A program made the translations under genes and the position numbers. Below, in pieces: positions 13,439 to 24,736 of a DNA stretch of 64,000 nt (positions are counted from its first letter, which is position 1; each line of letters opens with the position of its first letter). Location: positions 20,646,001 through 20,710,000 of the forward strand of contig JBHGNT010000008.1 of the NCBI GenBank assembly GCA_043228905.1, given 5' to 3'. Below the pieces are notes generated by a model. It ran no database searches and was not told the origin of the DNA. It worked only from the letters and a program-made list of their open reading frames with translations. Source of the DNA: Azolla caroliniana (Eukaryota > Plantae > Polypodiophyta).

Positions 13439-14674
13439 ATGAGTTCTATGGCCACGAAACAGCGGCAGTACATGGGCGGCGTCGCCGCCGTTCTCTTGGC
13501 GGCGCTGCTCCTCTCCGCCGGCGGTTTTTCTTCCACGTGCCTGGCCCAGCAGTGCGGAAGCCAAGCCGGAGGCGCCACGTGCGCCGATAATCTCTGCTGC
13601 AGCCAGTACGGCTACTGCGGCTCCACCAGCGACTACTGCGGAACCGGCTGCCAGAGCGGGCCCTGCACTTCTTCCTCCTCCGGAGGCGGCTGCAACCCGG
13701 CGTGCGCCTCAAACCTATGCTGCAGCCAGTACGGCTACTGCGGCTCCACCAGCGATTACTGCGGAACCGGCTGCCAGAGCGGGCCCTGCACTTCCTCCTC
13801 CTCCTCCTCCTCCTCCTCCTCCAGCGGCGGCTGCAACCCGCCATGCGCCTCAAACCTCTGCTGCAGCCAGTACGGCTACTGCGGCTCCACCAGCGCTTAC
13901 TGCGGAGCCGGCTGCCAGAGCGGGCCCTGCACTACCTCCTCCAGTGGCGTCTCCGCCATCATCACGAGCAGCATCTTCAACCAGTTCCTCCCGCAGAGGA
14001 GCTCCGCCCCGGCCAGCGGCTTCTACACCTACGCCGCCTTCCTGGCCGCGGCTTCCGCCTACAGCGGCTTCGGCACGAGCGGCAGCTCCACCGTCCAGAA
14101 GCGCGAGTTAGCCGCCTTCTTCGCCAACATGGCCCACGAGACCGGAAGTAAGTTCCCTATCTATACTTTTTTAATAATGATGTCATGCCCATTGCCTTTC
14201 TTTGGTCTCTAACTATGTTTAATAACTCTTCTCTCTGTGGTCGGTCTCACAGGTGGACAATACGTGGAGGAGGTTATCAAGGGCACTTACTGTGACACGT
14301 CCTCCGGTGTCCCGTGCGCATCCGGCCAACAGTACTACGGCCGTGGCCCCATCCAACTCTCATGGAACTACAACTACAAGGCAGCCGGCGATGCCATTGG
14401 CTTCGATGGAATCAACAACCCCGGCATCGTCGCGTCCGACCCTGCCATCTCATTCAAGACGGCCGTATGGGCCTGGATGACTGGTGGGTCGCCCACGTGC
14501 CACAATGCCATGGTCAATGGAATCGGGTTTGGCGCCACGATCCAGGCTATCAATGGGGGCCTCGAGTGTGGAAGCAACCCTTCAAACCCGACCGCCCAGC
14601 AAAGCCGCATTGCCTTCTACAAGTCCTTTTGCTCAACCTTGGGTGTAGACCCGGGATCAAATCTCTCTTGTTAA
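13439..14674 (+). CDS. Secreted GH19 chitinase (class IV-like, loop-reduced) with three hevein/CBM18 domains; exons 13439-14147 and 14253-14674, 376 aa
   Basis: Signal peptide; three 8-Cys CCSQYGYCG domains with Ser/Gly linkers; catalytic HETG and [19 protein letters not shown]; GT-AG intron 14148-14252 preserves frame; ends NLSC. Confidence 0.95.
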
Positions 14675-14949
14675 ATAAATACTCATGTGTGGATGGATCC
14701 CAACAGCCCTTGGTTAATAATGGATCTTACTCAGCAACTACTTTGACCATCTAATAATGAATGGCCATCATAGGATGGCCTAGATCGGGTTTTTCAAATG
14801 AATCTTCATAATAATGTAAGGCTCTCATGAATTTTTCAGGTAATGCTAACATGATCTCCCTATTTATAGTTTCCTTCTAATAGGTTCAAACATGCATTGC
14901 TAGATATAGTCCTTCTATGTTAATGTATGGCTTCTTGCCACGAGCTTCG

Positions 14950-15708
14950 ATTGATGATGATATACATTGTCAATGGTAATGTGCAAATTATTTGTCAATA
15001 CCATGTTAAATCACAAATAATAGAACCAAAGTCAACTTGCATCTTCAAATTGTGGTCGAGTGAGGCTATGATCGATTTGCAATCCACCATGCTAAATGAA
15101 CAAGTCAAGATGCACATTATTGTTTGGAGAGCAAGGTCACATGAAGTGTGTGGATGATTTGATGCTAAAGGAAATAGTGAAGAACATCCATGTCCTTAAT
15201 TGCAAACTTGGTGGTGAATGGAGACTTTTACATTCTTGATGGTGACCGCACTAAAACAAATTGCAATCCTATGTGTTGGTGAAGAAATTAGATCTTATCT
15301 GTTGCGTATCCCTTAGAAAGCTTCATGTACTTCTCAATTCATCATGATCTATGTTAACATCGATCAAGGTTTGTGGCAAAATGCCGTACATCAACATAAA
15401 ATATTTGTATCCTATCGATGTATGCTTAAACTCCAAAATTGGGAGATAATGTTCCCATTCAATCTCGATCACTCACAATTTCTATCGATAACCCATAAAA
15501 ATGGAAATTTTCATCAACAAATTGGTAAAGACAATTTGAAAGTTCTTACCTTAGTTTTAATAACAACAAACTTGTCCATTTTAATTATTCTATCAACGAC
15601 TTCCTGTGAAAGTTAGCGTGCGGAAGCTTTGACAAAACCGGTTTAGCCGGGTAGAGACAGAGAATAAAAAACAAGTTCAATGGAAGCTAGAGAGTACTTA
15701 GCATACAC

Positions 15709-15739
<31 letters not shown>

Positions 15740-16849
15740 CATAAACTCAATTAAAAAATAACACTCTATAACTCTGTACATACAACGTGCTAAACAACAC
15801 TATTTATACAAGTCCTCAAAAGGACTAACAGAAGTACTATGTACTTCAATGCTCATACGAGTGGCTGACACTAACTATGAGGACTCTGACTACCTAGTAG
15901 TCTAGGAGTATAGGCTACTACTAGCCTTTCGGTTCACATTTGAATCCAGCTCCCCGATCCGTCTCTCCAATCCGGTTCCTGGTTCCGGATATCATCCGGA
16001 TATCATCCGCCTCTTCGTTTCGGATACCGATCTCGCTCAGGCTTATCCAGCCGATCCGGATCCGGTTGAGCTTGCTAGCTCAACACTTCCCAAATGGCAA
16101 CATGGTCTATTTGGTTGCAAAGAAGGCTAATATTAAAATCCATGGATTTACTTTTCCATGGGATGTAATAGCCTCACAGCTTTGTTAATGTGACATTGGT
16201 GATATTTAGTCACATAGTTATGCATGTCAAGACTTATCTCCGGCCAATAGAAATGAATAGTGAGGAGAACAAGTGTGTGTTGTATTCTAGGGTGTGTCAT
16301 GGCATTAATTAATTTTTGTCTTTTTGACCTCAAGCAAATGTAGAACACAAACCTTTTCATTATGGTAGAGAAAACTATTAAAAATGTTAAAAAGGATCCC
16401 CTCAAGCGTGTGATGATGTCTATCCAAAGTCAACTCTTCTCCAATGTTTTGCAAAATAATTGTCATCAAGATACTTTAAATCAAACATGATCATAAAGAT
16501 CTTATGTTATTTAAGTGAAGCTAACCATGTTAACTTCATAGATGCAACTAAATGCATCGCCGACAGTGTTCACGAAACCTTTACAATATCATAAGGAAAA
16601 ATGAGATTCTTGGATGAAATTTGGTCATCATGCCTTACGACCAAAAAAGTCTTGTTGGTCTCAAAAATATTTCAATGACTCATGGTCTATTATTAATTAT
16701 GATAAAACAATTTACATAATAATAGTGACGTTATGACTTTAGTGTGTGGATGATTGTCAACACTTCCTTTTGTTGAATGGTATACCAACATTGAGTAGGA
16801 TCAAGTTTCTTACTCTCAAATGCCACAAGTTGACCATCTTGATAGAAAT
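14950..16849 (-). pseudogene. Old decayed gypsy pol (RNase H/integrase) remnant
   Basis: H..HFYWP..HQC integrase zinc-finger remnant at 16148-16405; limits approximate. Confidence 0.55.
15605..16085 (-). mobile_element. Copia solo LTR (481 bp)
   Basis: TG...CA ends, perfect TSD CTTCC (15600-15604, 16086-16090); similar to LTR 58530-58923. Confidence 0.9.
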
Positions 16850-17817
16850 TGTTGAGTGGACAAGCTCAATATCGGTCGATCAGATGAATAAGCTGGAAGT
16901 CGGATTAGACAGAGGCCGATTGGCTAGGCTCAAATCTGCTGAATAAGTCGTAAGACGAATCGACTGCTAAGCTGAATTGGTTGGTCGAGTCGAATGGAAT
17001 CCGATAGGATGTTAGGGAGCCTAGATGCCTATTTTAGTAAATAGGCCTATTATAGACTAATTAAGGTCAGGCTCAATTAATGAGCATTAAAGTAAGTGTC
17101 AGTACTTTAGTAAGTCCTTTTGAAGGACTTGTATAAAAAGTGCTATGTGAGCACATTTGTATGTACTGAGTCTTTTTTATAATAGAATTGGTCGTCTGCT
17201 CACTCAGTCTCTCTCTCCTACTCTGTGTATTCCCCACTGTCTATTCTCTGTTTTCCGGCCGAGCCGGCCATGTTTGCACCGCTTCCATGCACGTAACCCT
17301 TTTACATGGTATTAGAGTGCGAGGGTTAGAAGAATCCTCTACAACCGACATGCGAACAAGCACAAAGATGAGCTTTCATTTTTCAGAGAAGAAAAGACAG
17401 GAACATGGATAGAGGTATGGGACGCTCACTTCCAACAGAAAAGCTCAAAAAGAGCAACTATGCATCTTGGTCGTACAAGATGCACTAGTACATGCTTGGC
17501 CACTGATATTGGAGCTACAATGAAGGAGCAAAGGATGTTGCCCCGGATGTGATACACAAGAACTTTCCGGCCTGGAAGGAGGCGACAAGCATAGTTATTT
17601 ACTGATTTGCGTCTAGTGTCAAAGATCAACGACTCAGCTACATCCAGGATTCCAAAACGCCAAAAGATGCGTGAGCAAATCTCAAACGGATTTTTGCTAC
17701 AAGCACAACCACCAGGAAGCTAAAGCTCAGGCAAGAGCTCAGCAATGTCCAGTAAAAATATCTCTTTGTGGCCGATTACACTACTCGAATCAAGGAGATC
17801 TGCGACTCTCTCGCCTT
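16850..17817 (+). mobile_element. Copia D: 5' LTR (16850-17306), PBS and decayed gag start
   Basis: TGTTGAGTGGACAAGCTCAA start, TTTACA end, PBS TGGTATTAGAG, gag remnant similar to element A; cut by G1 LTR. Confidence 0.8.
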
Positions 17818-20080
17818 TGTCGTGGCATGACTCACCTAGAAGTGTTGCGTTGTGTAGACAAAAGATATCATGAAAGTGAGGAAGGAATCACTGGGATTAT
17901 GGACGCAAGAGACGAAAGAGTAGAGATAGAGTAAATAGAGATCAACAAGATATGACAAGATAGGATATAGAATGAATTTGAAGGAATAAAAGAAATTTAT
18001 AATTATTTGATGAAAGAGTTACAAAAGTGATTGGGAGCATTGTTGAACCTTCGAACTTTGCCTTGCAAGATAATCGCTCTTCTCTTTCTTGATAGTTATA
18101 GGCCACATCAATCTTCACCTCAATATTTCGATGAAGCTAGACTCAAACCGCCTCCCTTTCATTGAGAGTCAAGCACCATGACCGCCAAGCTAGAGTTTCT
18201 CATGTGTGTTGAACTTCTTTCCTTCTTTCTCTATTTGTAATATCTCTTACCATATAACTCTATTTTATTTTATTGATATCTTATATATATAGTTCTTTTG
18301 ATATTGATTCCTTGATATCCCTTGTGTCTATACTCCCTCCTCCTTTTATAGGGAAGAGATGGTTCTACATGTGGGCCATGTGGCACACATGCAAAGAGGC
18401 TCTTGCATGTGTGGTATATGGTGCACATGTAGTACGTTCCATGGTTTAAACCATACAATACTACTTCAAATAAAACAACACATATATTTTATTTACACTA
18501 CAAGTATAGGCTAAATGGTAAGGTTTGAATGTTATAAGGTTGGGTTTCTTGGTTCAAGTCCTCTTTTGCCCATGTAATATGTTATATGGTGTGCATGTAG
18601 TATATTATATATAGTTTAGACTATAAAATACTACTTCAAATAAATCAACATATATGATATCTTCTAAGTTATAAGTATAGGCTAAATGGTAAGGTTTGAG
18701 TGTCATAAGGTGGGAGTTATTGGTTATTCAAGTCCTCTCTTGTCCATGTAATATGATATTTATTTGTTTTTTACCTCTACATAAAATGTATAATATTATC
18801 ATAGTGTGTTGTTAATATTATCTTTATGTATAAAACATTATCAAAATTTATTTTATTTTATATACGTATTTATCTTATTGTAGACTTTTAATGTGAAGCT
18901 TTCGTGCTTCATGACATCCATCCCCTCTAGACCTACACATCCTCCGGCATGTGCCACTATCTTTTATGTTCATGTTGATCTATTGGAGGAGGTTCAAGCT
19001 CGAACCTTTTCTTAAATACTTTTATCCTCTTTCCAGCTAGCACGTTTAGGATTAGTGTCCCATCCAATTCACTAAGCTTATAAGTAAAGTTATCATATAC
19101 TTTTCTTACTATATAAGGCCGAAACCATCTTTCAACGAACTTGCGGACAATGTTATGTTGATTATCTAAACTACTATCATACACAAGCACCCAATCCCCT
19201 TCTTCTATCTTCTTATGTCAAATTCTGTGAGTTTTATCAAAACAAATTTTATTCTTCCATTGAGCCTCCTTCAATCGTTGGGCTACTAATTCTACATTTT
19301 CAAGTCAACGCTCTAATTGTTGAATTCGCAAAGCAAACAATTCTTCTCTGCTTAGCTCTTCTCTCCATGGAATAGATGTCCATGACATAATTTATTCTTC
19401 TATTGGCATGATGTGCTTTTGGCCAAGTATTAATTCAGCAAGCATATATCTTGTTACCTAACTATGTGTTGTCCAATCTCCCCATAGTGCATAAGGTAGC
19501 ATGCGTGGCCAACCACTTATTTTACCTTTACAACTTTTCACGATCGGCTTAACCATTGGGCTATGTCCTCTTTCAATCTTTCCATTGGCATGATGGGCTT
19601 TTGGCCAAGTATTAATTCAGTTCGCATATATCCTGTTACCTAACTATGTGTTGGCCACGTATTAATTCATCAGAGTCAAGTTCTCCTCTATCTGCAATTA
19701 TTTTACCAACACACCCATAATGACATATGACATCTTCTAACAGAAATTTACATACAACTCTAGTTGTTTTTTGTCACGGTGGTCTTCCTTCTACTTGGTT
19801 TGTAAGGTCTTCTCTTGCTAGTACTAAATATCGCATTTGACCTTCCCCAAGTGGCATTGTCACTAGATCAACCATCCATTTATAATGCATTGATTATGAA
19901 TATGTTGGTTTTAGCTCATCTTAATACCGAATAGTTGAATACCTCTGACAGACTTCACAGGTTTCCACAAATTTCATTACATCTTTATACATATGTGGCC
20001 ACCAATACTTTTCTTTCAACTTCATAAATGTCGCCCATATGCCTCTATGTCCTGCCCACAAACGATCACGTCCATGAGAT
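17818..20080 (-). mobile_element. Gypsy G1 3' part: 3' LTR 17818-18916, PPT, decayed integrase
   Basis: Inverted termini TGTCGTG / CATGACA; purine tract AGGGGATGGA adjacent on minus strand; integrase fragments homologous to 22513-23694. Confidence 0.85.
18500..18750 (+). ncRNA. Two tandem tRNA-derived A/B-box modules in G1 LTR U3
   Basis: TAGGCTAAATGG (18507) and GGTTCAAGTCC (18551) with tRNA T8-T54 spacing of 46 nt; second more decayed copy ~18673-18745. Confidence 0.55.
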
Positions 20081-21345
20081 GAGCATATCTCATTGTTACC
20101 AAGCATTATTTGCCATAGATAGGATTAAATCCTTAAGAACATCCCAAAATTCTATAATGAACTCTAACGTAATACCATCCCAACCAGGGGCTTTGCCTTT
20201 CCTGAGGCCCTTTCGAGCCGCCAAGAGCTCCTCTATTATGAATGTTGCATCCAAAGGAATAGCTTTATCAACACAAATAGTGGGTTGAACTAGTGACAAG
20301 AATGTATCTCTAGCGTGTTTAACTACATCTGTAACAACAACATTGTTCTCAAAGATGTGAGAGAAGTGAGTTATACATTCTTTGGCTAGTTCAAGTCGGT
20401 TTGTAGTCCACAAACCATCACCAGTTTTGATGAATTTAGTGGATTCCCTTTGGCGTATTAGATGCAACATTTTGAAGAAGAAGGATTTAGAAGAGCATCT
20501 TTTGTCTTTCAATGGAGTTTGTCTTGACCTAACTTGCCATTTTTCTAATTTATTTTTGTCATGTAGCATCAATGTGTGTTTGGCCATACATAATGCATCC
20601 TCTTCATGTAAAGTCAAAGATCTTCTATGTGCTGACTCCGTTAGGGCTTGACAAGTAAATTTGGCTTGTTGAGTGTAATCTCTCTGTCTTGAGACATACC
20701 ACTTCCCATACTCTTGTATTATTGTTTGTAATCTATGTACAAAATGTACCCATGTTATATCAACATTTATGTTGACTTCTACATAAAGAGGAGGTATTAT
20801 GTCATAGACCATCCTCTTGAAGAGTTCATGCTTGAGGTAATTGTTGTTAATGAGCATAAGTCTCTTCCTTTGGAGATGCACTTCATAGGAATGATTCCCA
20901 AAATCAAGGTCTAGCCAGACAGGAGCATGATCTGACAACTGCAAAGCATGATCTATATGCATTGTGCATGTGAAAATTTCATACTGACTAGCATGCAACA
21001 AATACCATCTATCAAGCCTTGCATAGTATGCGGAGTGGGTGGTATGATGAAAGGTAAAACCAGAAACATGTGGGTGTGTCATTTTCCATAAATCAACCTA
21101 ATCCAATGAGCTTTGCATATTATACCATTGACCTTGTTCCTCTCTCAACATATGTGAGTGCCCACTAGTGTTATCACTTGCATTTGGAGAGTTGTTGAAA
21201 TCTACATGCATTTTGTGGCCATGGATAAGCACAAATGTCTTGCCAAAGTAAACCTCTATCCCTTGACGCATTCGGGGCATATATTCCACCAAAATCATAT
21301 GTCTCACCATTTATAATGCATTGCACAACCATCCACCTCCCACAT
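20081..21345 (-). pseudogene. LINE (L1-like) ORF2, downstream part: endonuclease C-half to start of RT
   Basis: GRWMVV..IYAPN, RLDRWY, SDHAPV endonuclease motifs; KAPGWDG RT domain 0. Confidence 0.9.
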
Positions 21346-21777
21346 TGTCGTTAAGATCCGTCACTAAGCGCGGATCGTGAGGCAAAACCACCGGGGTTCT
21401 GGACCGGAAGGATTCGAAGTCGGTACAAGCTTTAGTGAGGAAGTATTTAAGATAGATTGGGAAAGAGAGAAGTTGAGATTAAACGCTTGACCTTCGATTG
21501 AGAGAGATTGATTGAACTTTTATCTTTAGATTTAAGAAACAAGTTACACTATCAATTCGATAACGAATTTTCTTCTTCTTAATTTCATAACCAAAAGAGC
21601 CTAACCCTTCTTCTTTTTCATCCCTTCTTTTACAGATGCTCTCATGCATTTTATGCATGTTTGCCATTTGGCGCTCATGTATTACATGTGGTGCATGATA
21701 ACCATGTCAATCATTTTAGCTCTCATGTATGAGAATTTCCATGTAAAAGTACAATGATACAAATATAAATTCAACTA

Positions 21778-21850
21778 ACTGTCATGGCTTAGTGGTAAGC
21801 CAATTGACTTCTAACATTGAGGTGCAAGGTTTGAATCCTTATGCCCTCCT
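21778..21850 (+). ncRNA. tRNA-derived module (Arg-UCU-like) in G2 LTR U3
   Basis: A box TGGCTTAGTGG at 21785, D-stem GCTT/AAGC, loop CTTCTAA, variable AGGTG, T arm AAGG-TTTGAAT-CCTT; acceptor stem absent. Confidence 0.7.
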
Positions 21851-22512
21851 TGTATATGTATATATATGTGTGTGTGTATATATATATATATATTTATTTA
21901 TCTAGTCGTCGGATGTTGTCGCCTCGCCGGCGTCGGATGTCGCCGGTTACCGGTGATCGTCGCCTCGTCGTTTGCCGCCGAATACCGGTGCGTCGCTGGT
22001 TACCGTAGGCATCCGGCCGGATCATCGGCTCCATCGTCGGTCCGGTTTTGGTTGGCCAAAAACCTTTACGAGTAGCTAGGCGACCTCCACTCTTAGTTCA
22101 ATTTACCTTGACCTCTCTATGCTCCACACATACACACAAAGATAATAGCTTTTGCTCTACCTTATATATGATGAGAGTCGTATTTGTCGTGCCTATGTGG
22201 GATATCTCACAGTTTTCTCTTTTCCTTTCACAAACTTTATACCCTCATATCTTGACATTTAGTTGTCCGTTTCTCGTATAATAAAGTGCATTCGAAAGCT
22301 CTTGAAGACCTCCATCATTTTGTACTTAGATATTAAACTTATTTAAAATGTTATCTTCACTATTATTGTTTTATGTGATTTATACTCGATTTTGTACGTT
22401 TTATGTGATTTTCACACTATTGCCGAAAATCTTCACGACATCCACCCCCATCAAACCACACGTCCTCCGGTACGTGCCAAGAAGAGAGAAAGTGAGATTT
22501 CGGCTACGGTGA

Positions 22513-23694
22513 TCAATCAGATTCCTCCATGTCTTCATTTATATCCGCCCTATTATGTTCATCGTCGAGGTGATCGAGGTCAAGATTCTCGTCTTGTCTT
22601 TTCTTGAAAATCTTTACTCTTTTTCCCACAATGGGTACGGCCAACCTTGATCCGTCTAGCTCCGCAAGGTGGTATGTGGCATTATCGTTTGCACTTGTCA
22701 CCACATACGGCCCGAACCATCTTCTAGTGAACTTTCTTGTTGTACTGTGTTGATTGTCAAGGCTGTTGTCGTAAACCAAAACCCAATCTCCTTCTTCAAT
22801 CTTCTTGGGACGAAGTCGATGCGTGTTGTCAAACCGAACTTTGTTCTTTACTCGGGCTGCCTCCATCATCTTTCGCGCTTTTTCTAGATCTTCAGGTCTT
22901 CTTTCAAGTTGCCTTATCCACGCCGCTAATAACTCTTCTCGGCTCATCTCGTTCTCCCACGGTATCGCTACCCATGAGGCGATCGTCCTTTCGATGGGCA
23001 TAACCGGCTTTTGTCCATACATAAGCTCCGTCGGCATAAACCCTTTCACCGAGCTATGTGTCGTTCTATCGTCCCACAAGGCATAGGGTAATAGTCGTGG
23101 CCAATTCTCGACTCGACCGTTGCATGCCCGTACGATGGCTTTAACGATAGGTCCATGCCCTCGCTCGATCTTCCCATTCGCTTCCGGATTGTAAGCAGTC
23201 GTGAGGGAGAGCTTCACGCCTAGTCGTTCGAAGAGCTCCGTCGCTTCGTGCGCATCCAACTCCCCTCGGTCGGCCACTATCTTCCCCACACATCTGTATC
23301 GGCAAACAACCTCTTCAAGCAGAAATTTGCAAACGGCTGAAGTCGTCTTATTTGTCAAGGCTCGTCCTTCCACTTGATTTGTCAAGTCTTCCTTTGCCAG
23401 CGCTAAGTACTTCATTTGTCCCACTCCCATTGGCATCGAGACCAGATCCACCATCCATTTGAAGTGTATGGTGAGTGGGTATGTCGGTTGTAACTCATCG
23501 CAATGACGTATATTTGAATATATTTGGCAAGTTTCGCATGTGGACACGAAATGGAGTACATCTTTGTACATGCTTGGCCACCAGTACTTCCCCTTCAACT
23601 TTTTGAACGTCGCCCATGTTCCTCTATGACGTACCCAAGCACTCTCATGGAATTCAGTCATCAGCGTCTCTTGCTCTTCTTTCTTCACCACCAC
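22513..23694 (-). CDS. G2 integrase (open remnant of pol)
   Basis: HHCC, D-D-E core (WMVD, ADRG, KIER), GPY motif. Confidence 0.85.
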   Translation of the reverse strand: MVVKKEEQETLMTEFHESAWVRHRGTWATFKKLKGKYWWPSMYKDVLHFVSTCETCQIYSNIRHCDELQPTYPLTIHFKWMVDLVSMPMGVGQMKYLALAKEDLTNQVEGRALTNKTTSAVCKFLLEEVVCRYRCVGKIVADRGELDAHEATELFERLGVKLSLTTAYNPEANGKIERGHGPIVKAIVRACNGRVENWPRLLPYALWDDRTTHSSVKGFMPTELMYGQKPVMPIERTIASWVAIPWENEMSREELLAAWIRQLERRPEDLEKARKMMEAARVKNKVRFDNTHRLRPKKIEEGDWVLVYDNSLDNQHSTTRKFTRRWFGPYVVTSANDNATYHLAELDGSRLAVPIVGKRVKIFKKRQDENLDLDHLDDEHNRADINEDMEESD

Positions 23695-24736
23695 TCGACA
23701 TGGTATTCCTGCCCTTCTTTTTGGATGTCACCAAAGGAATCCTCCCTTCAAGAAGTATCAGTAAGCTTTCTTCCGAATTTGTAGGGCCTCCTCCTTTGTC
23801 AACGAAGCATCTTCCGTCAATGTTCTTAGGAATCTACCGATCAGTAACCACTCTCCTTCGTACTCGTTCTCATTGAAGGCGTGGAGGGTTTGCGTGTCCT
23901 GGTCTTCCGCCGATAATCGAGCCATCTTGAAGAAGTCGAGGGCGACATCTTCATCTTTCGAAACCATGTCACTTCCATTTTCGAATCTTGCCCTCAACAG
24001 CATGTCAGCCATGGCGTTCTTCTTCCCTGCAATGTGACGGATCTCTAGGTTCAAAGACTTGATGTAGGCGATCCACCTTAGCATAGCAAGATCTGGGGTC
24101 GCACATCCCGAGACCATTCCGAGAATTGGGAGACAATCTGTCTCTATTATCACTTCCGACCCGATCAGGTAATCTTTGTCCGTCTTCACTGCTGACACAA
24201 TACCCCAAAGTTCCCGCTTGACTTGGGCATATCTTTGTTGCCGTTCGCTAAGAATCTTTCCTCCTGTTATTCTCTTAGCCGGACAAGGCCTAACACAAGG
24301 TGTCACGGAGACACTTCACCAAAGGGTGATTACGGCATAGGATTAAGATTCAACGATTACACCGACTTACATAGGTTACACGATTAGAATGCTTCGGTTA
24401 ATTACACGCGTAAGATATAACAGTAATTACAGAACGGAAATCAAGACAGAAGTACAAACATCATAAGCTCTATTAATTATCCGCTCTCATTACAATGGGG
24501 TCCGGGCCTTTAAATAGGTTTCCGGCCCGTAGTACAAAACGGTGCCTCTCGCACCTATTCGGGATCCGTCCGGATCTGGAACGGCATACCGTTTCCAGTC
24601 CGTCCGTCCACACTATGCTTATTTACAACCATATCTAATTAATTCCTTCACTCCGTATTTTGGACTCCTTGCCGGCCGGTAACACATGGCACGCCCGTGG
24701 GACAGTACCTTGTACGTCGAACCCTTCTCGGCCCCT

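Noticed and set aside
14148-14252. Two separate chitinase ORFs suggesting a pseudogene
   Set aside because: A GT-AG intron joins them in frame
13446-14754. Overlapping Arg/Leu-rich alternative-frame and antisense ORFs over the chitinase
   Set aside because: Expected from extreme GC3 bias and poly-Ser repeats; no independent motifs
19405-19660. Short internal duplication in G1 integrase (similar one at 6324-6368 in copia A)
   Set aside because: Routine post-insertion decay
21778-21850. Functional tRNA gene call for the LTR modules
   Set aside because: Acceptor stems do not pair and anticodon stems are imperfect
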